Shown in pieces: positions 20,098-30,040 of a stretch of 52,396 nucleotides of DNA. The DNA comes from Candidatus Woesearchaeota archaeon. Its GTDB lineage: Archaea; Nanobdellota; Nanobdellia; SCGC-AAA011-G17; GW2011-AR18. Where the stretch lies: positions 1 through 52,396 of the forward strand of contig JAGVZW010000001.1 of NCBI GenBank assembly GCA_018302235.1. The letters run 5' to 3'. How positions within the stretch are numbered: position 1 is the first letter of the stretch; every line of letters starts with the position of its first letter. Under the pieces are notes generated by a model that was not told the DNA's origin, made no database searches, and was given only the letters and a program-made list of their open reading frames with translations. The translations under genes and the position numbers were made by a program.

Positions 20098-21247
20098 GTT
20101 TTTGTTAATATTACTATTGTTAACCCAATTAGCATTAGCATCTTCAAAAGACATAAAAATATCTATAGAACCAATAGATATAGTTGAACCAGATTCAACA
20201 TTTACACTCAAAATAAACATAGAAAATCCTACAACAAGCCCAATAGAAGATATTAAAATCAAAGTCGAAGAAGATACACCCTTTATTATAGAGAATAATG
20301 AAATAAAAATTTCAGAATTAGAACCTAATGAAACTAAAACAACCTATTTCAATATAGAGGTTGAAGATACAGAAGCAAACACATATGATTTAGAGATAAA
20401 ATATAAAGAAAACAATGACAATTATGAAACAGAAACGATTCCAATAACAATAAAATCTAAGAGTTCAGATATAATTTTATCAAAAATAAACACAATACCT
20501 GAAATAACAGAACAAGGTAAAAAAACAATACTAGAATTAACCATCGTTAACAATGGTAAAACCAACACAAAAAATATCAAAGCAAAATTAGACCTAACTT
20601 TTGTTCCATTTGCACCAATAACTAGCACAGAAAAATCAATATTATCTTTAAACACAAAAGAAGAAGAAACAATAACATTTGAGATAAAATCTCTAGCAAA
20701 CACAGAATCAGGAACATACAAAATACCACTATCCATAACATTCGAAGATGAGGGTGGAGAAATTAAAGAAAAACAAGAATTAGTATCTATAACTATAGGC
20801 TCAACACCAATAATAGACATTTCAGCAGAAACAGAAAAACCAGTAATAATAGATCAACCATCAATATTCACAATAAAACTAACTAATTCTGGGTTAGAAA
20901 ATATTAAACTAGCTACACTAACCCTAAAAGAATCAAACAATTACAAAATTATTTCAACAAACAAAATATATATTGGAGAAATAGATTCAGATGACTATCA
21001 AACAGCCGAGTTTACTATAATCCCAATAACAAAAACACCTGTAAACATCCTATTTACATTTAAAGATTCCAACAACAAAGACTTTAATATAGAACAAGAA
21101 TTAGATATCCCAATTTATAACCTAAATGAAGCAAAATCCTTAGGACTTATATCAAACAACACAAACACAATAATAATAGTAGCATTCATAATTATTATCA
21201 TAATAGCTCTAATAATTTATAAAAAAAGAAAGAAAAAAAATGATTAA
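20087..21247 (+). CDS. COG1361 S-layer-domain-like protein (signal peptide, Ig-like repeats, C-terminal TM anchor)
   Basis: Signal peptide, repeated beta-rich modules, [16 protein letters not shown]-terminal TM plus basic tail; classic position between ABC ATPase and permease. Confidence 0.8.
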   Translation: MKIKFLLILLLLTQLALASSKDIKISIEPIDIVEPDSTFTLKINIENPTTSPIEDIKIKVEEDTPFIIENNEIKISELEPNETKTTYFNIEVEDTEANTYDLEIKYKENNDNYETETIPITIKSKSSDIILSKINTIPEITEQGKKTILELTIVNNGKTNTKNIKAKLDLTFVPFAPITSTEKSILSLNTKEEETITFEIKSLANTESGTYKIPLSITFEDEGGEIKEKQELVSITIGSTPIIDISAETEKPVIIDQPSIFTIKLTNSGLENIKLATLTLKESNNYKIISTNKIYIGEIDSDDYQTAEFTIIPITKTPVNILFTFKDSNNKDFNIEQELDIPIYNLNEAKSLGLISNNTNTIIIVAFIIIIIIALIIYKKRKKKND

Positions 21248-22454
21248 AGATTTTTTTCTTTATACATTAAAGAATCTTAAAACTAGAGGCCTTAGGTCGT
21301 GGTTGACAATATTTGGAATATTTATAGGTATAGCTGCTGTAGTTTCATTAATATCACTAGGACAAGGTTTAGAATCTGCAATAAACGAAGAATTTGCAAG
21401 CCTAGGCACTGATAAATTAATTATTACGGCAAAAGCAGCAGAATTTGCTCCTCCTGGTGCATTCACAGTTACACCATTAACAAGAAAAGACATAGAACCC
21501 ATAGAAAAAGTAAGCGGTGTAAAACAAGCTATCTCTAGAATTTTTCAACCAGCAGAAGTAGAATACAATAACGAACTAAAATATTTATACGTAATAAATA
21601 TGCCTGTAGACGAAACACAAAAAAATATTTTAGATTTAGATAAGATAAATATAGAAAAAGGAAGAATGTTAAAAAAAGGTGACAAATATAAAATTTTAAT
21701 AGGCTATGACATTGCATATGAAAACATATTTGATAGAAACATCAGACTAAGAGATAAGGTAATAATAAATAAACAAGAATTTGAAGTGATTGGAATTCTA
21801 GAAAAAAACAGTGAAACCAATAACAATATCTTTGTAGAAGAAAACACACTTATAGAATTGTTAGCTATGAAAGAAGAAGAAATTAATCTGATCCTAATCC
21901 AATCTAAACCAGGAGTAAATCTTGAAAAATTAGAAGAGGATATAATAAAAGAGTTTAGAAAATTTCGTAATCAAGAAAAAGGCAAAGAAAATTTTGAAAT
22001 TCAAACACCAAAAGATATAGCAGAATCATTCTCAAAAATCCTAAATATTGTACAAGTAGTATTAATCGGCATAGCAGCAATCTCATTATTTATTGGTGGT
22101 ATTGGAATTATGAACACAATGTACACATCAGTTCTAGAAAGAACAAAAGAAATTGGAATAATGAAAGCAATTGGAGCAACCAACAAAGACATATTATCAA
22201 TTTTTTTGATAGAATCAGGATTACTAGGACTAATAGGTGGAATAATAGGAATAATACTAGGAATTATAATAGGAAAATCAGTAGAACTCATTGCTGCACA
22301 AACATTAGGCACAAACCTATTACAAACATCCTTTCCTTGGTATTTAATAAGCGGTGCATTAGCTTTTTCATTCTTAATTGGAACAATATCAGGTTCATTA
22401 CCAGCAATTAAAGCCTCAAAATTAAAGCCTGTGGATGCCTTAAAATATGAATAA
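21240..22454 (+). CDS. ABC transporter permease (MacB/FtsX family)
   Basis: RSWLTIFGIFIGIAAVVSL, GGIGIMNTMYTSVLERTKEIGIMKAIGA, PAIKASKLKPVDALKYE. Confidence 0.95.
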   Translation: MIKDFFLYTLKNLKTRGLRSWLTIFGIFIGIAAVVSLISLGQGLESAINEEFASLGTDKLIITAKAAEFAPPGAFTVTPLTRKDIEPIEKVSGVKQAISRIFQPAEVEYNNELKYLYVINMPVDETQKNILDLDKINIEKGRMLKKGDKYKILIGYDIAYENIFDRNIRLRDKVIINKQEFEVIGILEKNSETNNNIFVEENTLIELLAMKEEEINLILIQSKPGVNLEKLEEDIIKEFRKFRNQEKGKENFEIQTPKDIAESFSKILNIVQVVLIGIAAISLFIGGIGIMNTMYTSVLERTKEIGIMKAIGATNKDILSIFLIESGLLGLIGGIIGIILGIIIGKSVELIAAQTLGTNLLQTSFPWYLISGALAFSFLIGTISGSLPAIKASKLKPVDALKYE

Positions 22455-22664
22455 CTAAGAATTCTTTTTAAATCTTACAATAGAATCAATCAAATCTACA
22501 TGACCAACAAACAAACCCCTACAACAATATCTCTCTAATCCTAAAGCATCCAAAACATCCTTCGAATTTTCACCATTAGCAACCCTCTCTTTATATGTTT
22601 CCCATAAATGACCTACTGGCTTTCCACAACCGAAACAACGAAGGGGTATAATCGTGTTAATCAC
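22455..22664 (-). CDS. rpoN: DNA-directed RNA polymerase subunit N (Rpo10)
   Basis: IIPLRCFGCGKP..LDALGLERYCCR; the conserved initiator position is ACG (22653-22655). Confidence 0.95.
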   Translation of the reverse strand: MINTIIPLRCFGCGKPVGHLWETYKERVANGENSKDVLDALGLERYCCRGLFVGHVDLIDSIVRFKKNS

Positions 22665-22666
22665 TC

Positions 22667-22949
22667 CTAAACTATTGTATTTACAAAATATCTATATGGA
22701 TAATCTTCTCTTTTCAAATATCCATGATATCCAAGTAAACCCAATTCTTCCTGCACTTTCCTCCTATTTAAACCTTGCGCTATTTGTTTCGCAGATTTCC
22801 AGGATTTTTTTCAAGGTAATTTACAATAATCTCATAAAAAGCAAACATATTTTGCCCCTTACATAGAAAAAGAGTAGCATAAATCCACCTAATTCTCTCA
22901 AAAATTTCTTTTTGATAGGATTTAGCCTATACATTATTTTTTTAATCAC
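22667..22949 (-). pseudogene. Frameshifted winged-helix (HTH) protein gene
   Basis: YEIIVNYLEKNPG in one frame continues as KSAKQIAQGLNRRKVQEELGLLGYHGYLKREDYPYRYFV in the -1 frame; a second shift near 22920 joins the GTG at 22949. Confidence 0.5.
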
Positions 22950-23008
22950 AATAAGAAATTAAAAATTCTATTATTTAAATCTGACGCGCATATGTCCTGT
23001 ACAACTTC

Positions 23009-23215
23009 CTATTTCTTTTTTACCTTCCCATCCAATCCCTCTTTTTTAACCCCCTCTGCATCTTTCACTAAATCAACACCAAGCTCTTGCAATGCCTTTA
23101 AATGCATCTGCATTAACTGTTCAACAATTCCAATCATTCTAACCAATTCTTCCCTCTCCTTACTTAATGTACTCAACGCACCCTTATGGAATCCAATTGT
23201 TTCTTCATTTACCAT
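23009..23215 (-). CDS. Small coiled-coil hypothetical protein
   Basis: 68 aa with SD GGAGG; overlaps the upstream PLP gene; amphipathic helices. Confidence 0.65.
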   Translation of the reverse strand: MVNEETIGFHKGALSTLSKEREELVRMIGIVEQLMQMHLKALQELGVDLVKDAEGVKKEGLDGKVKKK

Positions 23216-23996
23216 CTAACCCTCCAAAATTCAATCTCTTCACCTCAATAGATATCGCATCTTTATTAATTCTATTATAAAAAGGACACAATTTATATTC
23301 ATAACCCTTTCTATTACAATATTCTAAAACCCGCTCATTTTTCTCCACAACAACATTTAAACTCCTAGATTCTGGAAAATAAACCTTAAAATTATTTAAC
23401 TCTTTCTTGATCTCAAAGTTTAAACTGACTAAAAAATTAAACCTAATAGACGCATTCTCTAATTTTTCTAACAATAAAAAATCTTCAACAACTAAACTAT
23501 TAAAATCAAAATTAAAATTCGAAGCAATAAACCCGTAATTACCATAATCAACAACCTTCCACCTACCGAAACTACCCAATATTATATCTCCAATATCACA
23601 TAAACCATTAACACCGATTCCAGAACAAGCATCAACAATCAATAAACAATCATTATCTCTACATACTTGATAAATCTCAAACAAGGGTTGCTCAACATAA
23701 TACCCCCCAAGACTGCATATATACAAAGAATCATAATTCCCAACAAATTTTCCTAACAAATCAATATCAAGCAATCCATCTTTAGTTTCAAAAAAAGCAA
23801 ACTCCAAACCTACTTTTTTTGCAATATCTGGACACTTCCACCAACCAGCCTGATCAGGAAACAAAATATTTTTGCAGCCTTCTCTTTTCAGAATTTCAAA
23901 GGCCTTAAATATAGCATCATTTCCTCTAGAAGTAATAGCAACATTAGCTTTTTTAGTATATATTTGTAAAGCTTTAATAATTCTATCTGAAATCAT
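23205..23996 (-). CDS. PLP-dependent transferase, fold type I (DegT-like, short)
   Basis: SRGNDAI, PDQAGW, IVDACSGIG, DIILGSFGRWK (candidate Schiff-base Lys), YGNYGFI. Confidence 0.65.
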   Translation of the reverse strand: MISDRIIKALQIYTKKANVAITSRGNDAIFKAFEILKREGCKNILFPDQAGWWKCPDIAKKVGLEFAFFETKDGLLDIDLLGKFVGNYDSLYICSLGGYYVEQPLFEIYQVCRDNDCLLIVDACSGIGVNGLCDIGDIILGSFGRWKVVDYGNYGFIASNFNFDFNSLVVEDFLLLEKLENASIRFNFLVSLNFEIKKELNNFKVYFPESRSLNVVVEKNERVLEYCNRKGYEYKLCPFYNRINKDAISIEVKRLNFGGLDGK

Positions 23997-24029
23997 AAAA
24001 AAAATAACAAAAAAAAGCTTAAAAAAGTA

Positions 24030-24101
24030 TGCACTTGCCGGGATTTGAACCCGGGTCTAAAGCTTGGGAAGCTCCAATCCTAACCACTAGACTACAAATG
24101 C
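24030..24101 (-). tRNA. tRNA-Gly(CCC)
   Basis: Minus strand GCATTTG..GTCTAGTGGTTAGGAT..GGAGC-TTCCCAA-GCTTT..CCGGGTTCAAATCCCGG-CAAGTGCA; no encoded CCA. Confidence 0.93.
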
Positions 24102-24127
24102 CTTATAAAATTAAATTTTAATAATAT

Positions 24128-24481
24128 TTAACTATTTTCAAATGCAGAACAATAATTTTTAGAGAGGGCTAATAAAGCTATATTTGGCAAACAGATAAAA
24201 TCCTTAGTTAACGGCAATCTTACCAATCGTAGAACTCTTAAACATAAAGACCCCTTATGTATATCAACCACACCTCGTCTTTGGTAAACAGGATGATCAG
24301 ATAATCTAATTTGACCGGTTCCATTATCTCTAAGATTTAACTCAACTGATTTCAAGGATTCAACCCAATGATCATCTGGACCTTTATATCCAACAGAAAC
24401 TAAACTATCTTCCTTGATAATACAAAAATAATAAAAATCTCTATTCCATCTAACCTCTGCTAAATAAACACCCTTCTCCAT
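24128..24481 (-). CDS. Hypothetical protein
   Basis: 117-aa ORF with a TATA-like element upstream; no motif. Confidence 0.5.
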   Translation of the reverse strand: MEKGVYLAEVRWNRDFYYFCIIKEDSLVSVGYKGPDDHWVESLKSVELNLRDNGTGQIRLSDHPVYQRRGVVDIHKGSLCLRVLRLVRLPLTKDFICLPNIALLALSKNYCSAFENS

Positions 24482-24516
24482 CAGTATTTCTAACCAAATT
24501 ATCCTTAAAAGTTTTT

Positions 24517-25266
24517 CTATAGCCTACTATTTACCCTTCTTTCATATTGAATTAATAAATGTTCTATACTTTTCTCTAATGATATTATTCTAAGTTCTAT
24601 ATTAAATAAATTATCTAAATCATCACGTCTACCGTAATAATACCTTTCCATAGGTTCGAATGTCAAACCAATCAAACTCAATTCTCTTTCACTTTGTTTC
24701 TTTACTGATAAATCATACCTTTTAACAATATCTTTCATTTGATTCAAAAAAAACTCCCAATAATCAAACCAATTTTCAAGCAAAGAAATTAATTCATTTA
24801 ATAATGACATTAACTCCAGACATTCGTTATTTCTCATAAATTTCACAGAAGAATTTTCAGAATCCAAATCTGGGTTAATATCATTAATTCTTAATCTTTT
24901 TAAAAAATCATTTAATTCAAAAAAATCATCTTTTAAATCCCTAAACCGTTGATCTATTTTTCTTTTTTTGATAAAAAACTCTAATTCAAATAATAAAGAC
25001 CTAAATTTATCTTCCTCATATAAATTTTTTAAATATATAAAATAATTAGTTTCTTGATTATTAATATTTTTTTTATAATATCTATTTATTTCTAAAATAT
25101 AGTTTTCTAACAGTTTATGTAAATCTGAATCTAAAGCAATAAAAATACGAATATATGTTTTTATCAATTCTAAAAAAATACATAATTCATTAAAAGTTAC
25201 ATAATCTTGATTATTTTTCTTCTTTTTTAACATCAAAATTTGAAAATTAACTATATTTATAAACAT
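24517..25266 (-). CDS. Hypothetical helical protein
   Basis: 249-aa ORF; no motif; start uncertain. Confidence 0.55.
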   Translation of the reverse strand: MFINIVNFQILMLKKKKNNQDYVTFNELCIFLELIKTYIRIFIALDSDLHKLLENYILEINRYYKKNINNQETNYFIYLKNLYEEDKFRSLLFELEFFIKKRKIDQRFRDLKDDFFELNDFLKRLRINDINPDLDSENSSVKFMRNNECLELMSLLNELISLLENWFDYWEFFLNQMKDIVKRYDLSVKKQSERELSLIGLTFEPMERYYYGRRDDLDNLFNIELRIISLEKSIEHLLIQYERRVNSRL

Positions 25267-25384
25267 TTTTAATAATAGTTACACAATTGTTATATTACAA
25301 AAACAAAAATATCATTCCACAAATAAAAAAGTATATTCAAGTTATTATTTAAATACAAAGATATAAAAAGATTGAGAATAATAA

Positions 25385-27184
25385 ATGTTCATGAAAGATT
25401 CATTTTTCGTTTCAAGCGCTATTGATTATCCATCAGCACCCCCACATGCAGGTCATATGTATGAAAAAATATGTTGTGATGTCTTCGCTAGATGGAATCG
25501 CCTACAAGGAAAAAAAGTTCACTTCTCAACAGGATTAGATTGTCATGGTAGTAAAATAGCTAGATGTGCCAAAGAAACAAACAAAACCCCGGAAGAATTT
25601 GTTAAAACAATAGAAAAATTCTTCTTACAGTTATGTAAAGAGTATAATATTTCATATGATGATTTCATAGAAACCATAGAAAAAAGGCACAAAAAAGTTG
25701 TAGTTAAAATGATTAAAAACTTATACAAAAAAGGAGATATATACAAAGGAAAATATTCAGGATATTATTGTTCTGATTGTGAGACCTACTTCCCAAAAGA
25801 AGAGTTAAATGGAATCTATTGCCCAACCCACAACAAACCTACTGAATTCCTAGAAGAAGAAGCATATTTCTTCAAAATGTCTAAATACCAAAATAAACTA
25901 ATTGAACATATAAAGAATAATCCAAATTTCATAAGACCTGAAAAAAAGAAAAATGAAATTTTAAATAGATTAAAAAAACCATTACATGATTTTTGCCTTA
26001 CTAGAGAAAAAATAGCATGGGGAATTCCTTTTCCATTAGATAAAAAATATATAGTCTCTATCTGGACTGATGCTTTAATTAATTATTTAACAACAATAAA
26101 TTATCCTAATAAAAAATTTAAAGAATTTTGGCCAGCATTACATATAATAGGCACAGATATTGTTTGGCATCATACTGTAATCTGGGGTACATGGTTATTG
26201 GCTTCAAATATTAAATTACCAGAAGTTCTTGTCCATGGGTTTATTATAAGCCCAACCGGAGAAAAAATGTCAAAAACCCAAGGGAATGTAGTAAATCCAT
26301 CAGAACTAGCAAAAAAATATCAAATAGATTCCATTCGTTATTATTTAATTAGAGAAATACCATTCGGAGAAGATGGAAATTTTACAGAAAAAAAATTAAT
26401 TGAGAGGCACAACAATGAACTAGCAAACGATTTAGGAAATTTATTACAAAGAATAATAATCTTAGTGCAAAAACAAAAAAGAATAGAACCACAAAAAATA
26501 GATAAAAATCTATTCGAAAAATTAGATTTAGAACAAATAAAAAAAGAAATGAGTAACTATGAATTACATAATGCTTTATCAACAATCTGGAAATTTATCA
26601 ATGAATGCAATAGATATATAAATGAGAATAAACCCTGGGAAAAAGAAGATCCAAAGCCAGTATTATATAACCTATTAGAAGCAATAAGAATAATTTCAAT
26701 TTTATTAGAGCCATATATGCCAGAAACATCAAAAAAAATTCAAAAACAGTTAAACATAAAAGAAGATATAAACATAAAAAATTGTAAACCAAAAAGAATA
26801 ACATATAAACCAGGCCAACCAGAAATATTATTTAAAAAAATAGAAATTAAAAAAATGGAAGAAAAAAAACAATATTGCTCATATGAAGATTTTCAAAAAT
26901 TAGATATACGGACAGCTACAATTAGAGACGTCAAAGACCACCCTAATGCTGATAAACTGTATATTTTAGAATTAGAACCAAAAAGAAAAATAGTCGCTGG
27001 TATAAAAGAGTTCTATAAAAAAGAAGAACTAATCAATAAACAAATTATATTCATTTCTAATCTAGAACCAAAAACAATTAAAGGTATAGAAAGTCAAGGC
27101 ATGCTACTAGCTGCAGGAGATAAGAACAAGTGTATTCTTCTTTGTCCTGATAAAAAAACAGAAGATAATCTTAAGATAAAATAA
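25385..27184 (+). CDS. metG: Methionine--tRNA ligase with C-terminal tRNA-binding OB domain
   Basis: SSAIDYPSAPPHAGH, GLDCHGSKI, CSDC..CPTH knuckle, WGIPFP, KMSKT, HPNADKL..NLEPKTIKGIESQGMLLAA. Confidence 0.96.
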   Translation: MFMKDSFFVSSAIDYPSAPPHAGHMYEKICCDVFARWNRLQGKKVHFSTGLDCHGSKIARCAKETNKTPEEFVKTIEKFFLQLCKEYNISYDDFIETIEKRHKKVVVKMIKNLYKKGDIYKGKYSGYYCSDCETYFPKEELNGIYCPTHNKPTEFLEEEAYFFKMSKYQNKLIEHIKNNPNFIRPEKKKNEILNRLKKPLHDFCLTREKIAWGIPFPLDKKYIVSIWTDALINYLTTINYPNKKFKEFWPALHIIGTDIVWHHTVIWGTWLLASNIKLPEVLVHGFIISPTGEKMSKTQGNVVNPSELAKKYQIDSIRYYLIREIPFGEDGNFTEKKLIERHNNELANDLGNLLQRIIILVQKQKRIEPQKIDKNLFEKLDLEQIKKEMSNYELHNALSTIWKFINECNRYINENKPWEKEDPKPVLYNLLEAIRIISILLEPYMPETSKKIQKQLNIKEDINIKNCKPKRITYKPGQPEILFKKIEIKKMEEKKQYCSYEDFQKLDIRTATIRDVKDHPNADKLYILELEPKRKIVAGIKEFYKKEELINKQIIFISNLEPKTIKGIESQGMLLAAGDKNKCILLCPDKKTEDNLKIK

Positions 27185-27257
27185 GGGCCTGTGGTCTAGC
27201 GGTTATGACTCAACCTTGACGTGGTTGCAATCCCAAGTTCGAATCTTGGCAGGCCCA
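27185..27257 (+). tRNA. tRNA-Val(GAC)
   Basis: GGGCCTG..GTCTAGCGGTTATGAC..CAACC-TTGACGT-GGTTG..CCAAGTTCGAATCTTGG-CAGGCCCA. Confidence 0.93.
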
Positions 27258-27722
27258 CTACCCTAATAATTTTCCTATAAAAAACGTAACAAATACAACA
27301 AGCAACAATAAAAACAAATGCTCAAACACAACAGCTTTTACAGAAACATCTCTAATATTTGCCATATATATACTAAAAAAACTCAATAACAAAACCCCCC
27401 ATATTATAGAGACTATTAAAGCAACATTTAAACTGAAAAAAATTACAGGAAGCAAAAAACTAATAGCTACAATAAATTTAAAAACAAAGGTTGAAAATGT
27501 AGATCTCCATACATCCCTCTCTTTAATTATCTTATTTGATTCTTGAGAGATATGCATTCCAAATGAATCACTTAAAGCATCAAGAATAGCAATAATTAAA
27601 ACACCATTTATAACAATATCCTTTTGAGATGTACTTACAGCCAAACCTATCATTAAACCCAAAGTTGTAACAATACCAGAGCCAATTCCAAAACCAACAC
27701 CTGCTCCTATAGCTTTCTTCAT
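27258..27722 (-). CDS. VIT1/CCC1 family membrane protein
   Basis: FGIGSGIVTTLGLMIGL..IAILDALSDSFGMHISQES; five TM helices. Start set at MKKAIGAG. Confidence 0.8.
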   Translation of the reverse strand: MKKAIGAGVGFGIGSGIVTTLGLMIGLAVSTSQKDIVINGVLIIAILDALSDSFGMHISQESNKIIKERDVWRSTFSTFVFKFIVAISFLLPVIFFSLNVALIVSIIWGVLLLSFFSIYMANIRDVSVKAVVFEHLFLLLLVVFVTFFIGKLLG

Positions 27723-27859
27723 GACAAAAGTATATAATTGCAACTTAAAAATATTATCTTAAAAAACCAAGATATAATAATAGCTAACATTTTTATTCAT
27801 AGATCAAAAAAAAACAATACATCTTTTTAAATACTATTCCTTTAAAAATAAAGTTAAAA

Positions 27860-28945
27860 ATGAAAGTCATAATAGAAAATTGTCATTCTTATGAATTAAA
27901 CAATATAAAGAAGGCTATAGAAAATGGTTTAAAAAAATTGAATTTTAATTTCACAAATAAAAATAAGATTTTACTAAAGCCAAATGTTTTTGCTCCAAGA
28001 TTACCAGAAGAAGCAGCTACAACACACCCAGTAATTATAGAAGCTCTAGCTCAATTACTAAAAAATAAAGAATTAATCATTGGAGAATCATGCGGTGCTG
28101 ATCTTATGGTAACCACTGAAGCAGCCCTTAAAAAATCAGGAATAACTGAAATAGCTAAAAAATACAACATAAAATTAATCACATTTGAAACAAATGAAAA
28201 GATTAAACTAGAAACAAATACAAACTTAAAAAATATATTATTTCCAAAAATAATAAAAGAAGTAGATATTATTATTAATCTTCCAAAATTAAAAACCCAC
28301 TCTTTAATGCTAATGACTGGAGCCACAAAAAATCTATTTGGTTGTATTCCTGGAGCACAAAAGAGACAGTTTCATGAAAAATTAAAAAGACCTGATAAAT
28401 TTGGCAGTATGTTAGTTGAACTCTCTGAATTAATAAAACCAGAATTAACTATAATGGACGCAGTAATTGGTATGGAGGGGAATGGCCCATCAGCAGGAAC
28501 AGCTAAAAAAACAAATAAAATCCTTATCTCAAGATCAACGCAAGCCTTAGACTCAATTGCTGCAAAAATTATTGATTTCAATCCACAAGAAATTCCAACA
28601 TTAAAAAATTTTAAAAAAGAAGTAGAGGTTATAGGCAATTTAGAAATAATTCCTTATAAAAAACCAGTTAATTATCAAGGTTTAATACGCTACACACCAA
28701 CATTTATTAAAAAATCTATCTATAATTTATATTTAGAAATTAATCAAGACATATGCAAACAATGTAAAATATGCCTAAAAAATTGTCCTGTAAAAGCAAT
28801 AGATGAAAAAAACAATAAAATTTTTATAAACAATAAAAGATGCATAGAATGTTATTGTTGTCATGAGCTATGTCCCCACAAAGCTATCGAACTAAAAGAT
28901 AAAATAGGAAGAAGAATAGTAAGAAAAATTTTAAATTTAAAATAA
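27860..28945 (+). CDS. DUF362 domain protein with C-terminal 2x[4Fe-4S] ferredoxin domain
   Basis: ILLKPN..TTHP..IGES..INLPKLKTH..TGATKNLFG..DAVIGMEGNGP; CxxCxxCxxxCP twice. Confidence 0.9.
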   Translation: MKVIIENCHSYELNNIKKAIENGLKKLNFNFTNKNKILLKPNVFAPRLPEEAATTHPVIIEALAQLLKNKELIIGESCGADLMVTTEAALKKSGITEIAKKYNIKLITFETNEKIKLETNTNLKNILFPKIIKEVDIIINLPKLKTHSLMLMTGATKNLFGCIPGAQKRQFHEKLKRPDKFGSMLVELSELIKPELTIMDAVIGMEGNGPSAGTAKKTNKILISRSTQALDSIAAKIIDFNPQEIPTLKNFKKEVEVIGNLEIIPYKKPVNYQGLIRYTPTFIKKSIYNLYLEINQDICKQCKICLKNCPVKAIDEKNNKIFINNKRCIECYCCHELCPHKAIELKDKIGRRIVRKILNLK

Positions 28946-28948
28946 CCA

Positions 28949-30040
28949 CTAAACCAAATTAGTGTATACATCATAAAAGCAACCTACAATATTATCACAA
29001 CTAAATTCTTTAACCCTTTGATGTCCCGACTTAACTAGCCTATTATAGAGTTCACTATTATTCTTCAACGTTAATAAACACCCCTTTAACTCAAAAAGAT
29101 CCTTTTCTTTAAAGATTAAACCCGCATTGCCAATAACTCTTGGAATTTCACCAGAATCACTACCAATTACAGGAACCCCACAAGCCATTGCTTCTATTAA
29201 AACATGCCCAAATTGTTCCTTCCATCTTGGCATTGTTATAGATGGTAAAACCAATACATCAAACGCTGAAATATACCTATTCATTTCTTTATAATTAATA
29301 GTTTTAATAAAAACAACATTCAAATTTTTACTTAATAACCTCATTTCTTCTTCTTGTGGGCCACCCCCAATAACTACCAAAGTATAATCCATAAAATCCC
29401 TAATAGCCTCAAATAGATATTTCAAACCCTTATCATGAATTAAACGACCAACAAAACCAATAACAAATCCATTCCATTTACCTCTCAAAGATTCATCCCT
29501 TACAAAACTATTCAAATTAATACCATATCTTGGAATCACCTTAACACCCTTATTCCACCCCTTCTTAATCAAAATTTCCATAGCATCTTCATTTCCAGGT
29601 AAATAATAATCTGCATTTTTAATAGAATATTTCTCAAAATAATTTAAAGGAAATCTGAATTCTTGATAAATATTCTCCCAAGAAAAAATAATAATCTTAG
29701 AATTATACTGTTTAGAATATTTAATCAATAAATAATTAAATAATGTCCATGGCTCTTCCTCTATATGAATTATGTCTGGTTTTATTTTATCTAGTACAGC
29801 TTTCATATTTTTATAATAAAATAATGCACTATCCCTCTTCAAAAAAATTAAATCCATCAAAAAAACCTTATATTTTTTATTTAAAAATTCACTTTCATTG
29901 ACAATATATTCCTTCAATTCCCTCTTATATTCTTTTGGCATCATTACATACAAATCTACCTTCTCTGCTAAAATATCCAACTGCTCATGCAACCCGCTAC
30001 TTGTATCAACATATGACCTAGATGTTATTAAAACCCTCAT
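28949..30040 (-). CDS. Glycosyltransferase family 4
   Basis: IGFVGRLIHDKG, VLVLPS..EQFGHVLIEAMACGVPVIGS. Confidence 0.92.
   Translation of the reverse strand: MRVLITSRSYVDTSSGLHEQLDILAEKVDLYVMMPKEYKRELKEYIVNESEFLNKKYKVFLMDLIFLKRDSALFYYKNMKAVLDKIKPDIIHIEEEPWTLFNYLLIKYSKQYNSKIIIFSWENIYQEFRFPLNYFEKYSIKNADYYLPGNEDAMEILIKKGWNKGVKVIPRYGINLNSFVRDESLRGKWNGFVIGFVGRLIHDKGLKYLFEAIRDFMDYTLVVIGGGPQEEEMRLLSKNLNVVFIKTINYKEMNRYISAFDVLVLPSITMPRWKEQFGHVLIEAMACGVPVIGSDSGEIPRVIGNAGLIFKEKDLFELKGCLLTLKNNSELYNRLVKSGHQRVKEFSCDNIVGCFYDVYTNLV

Noticed and set aside
22654-22866. 70-aa + strand ORF
   Set aside because: No motif or promoter; the minus strand gives a more protein-like, frameshifted wHTH.
24103-25384. 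Two orphan ORFs next to tRNA-Gly as an integrated element
   Set aside because: They lie on the 5' side of the tRNA, with no integrase or att repeat.
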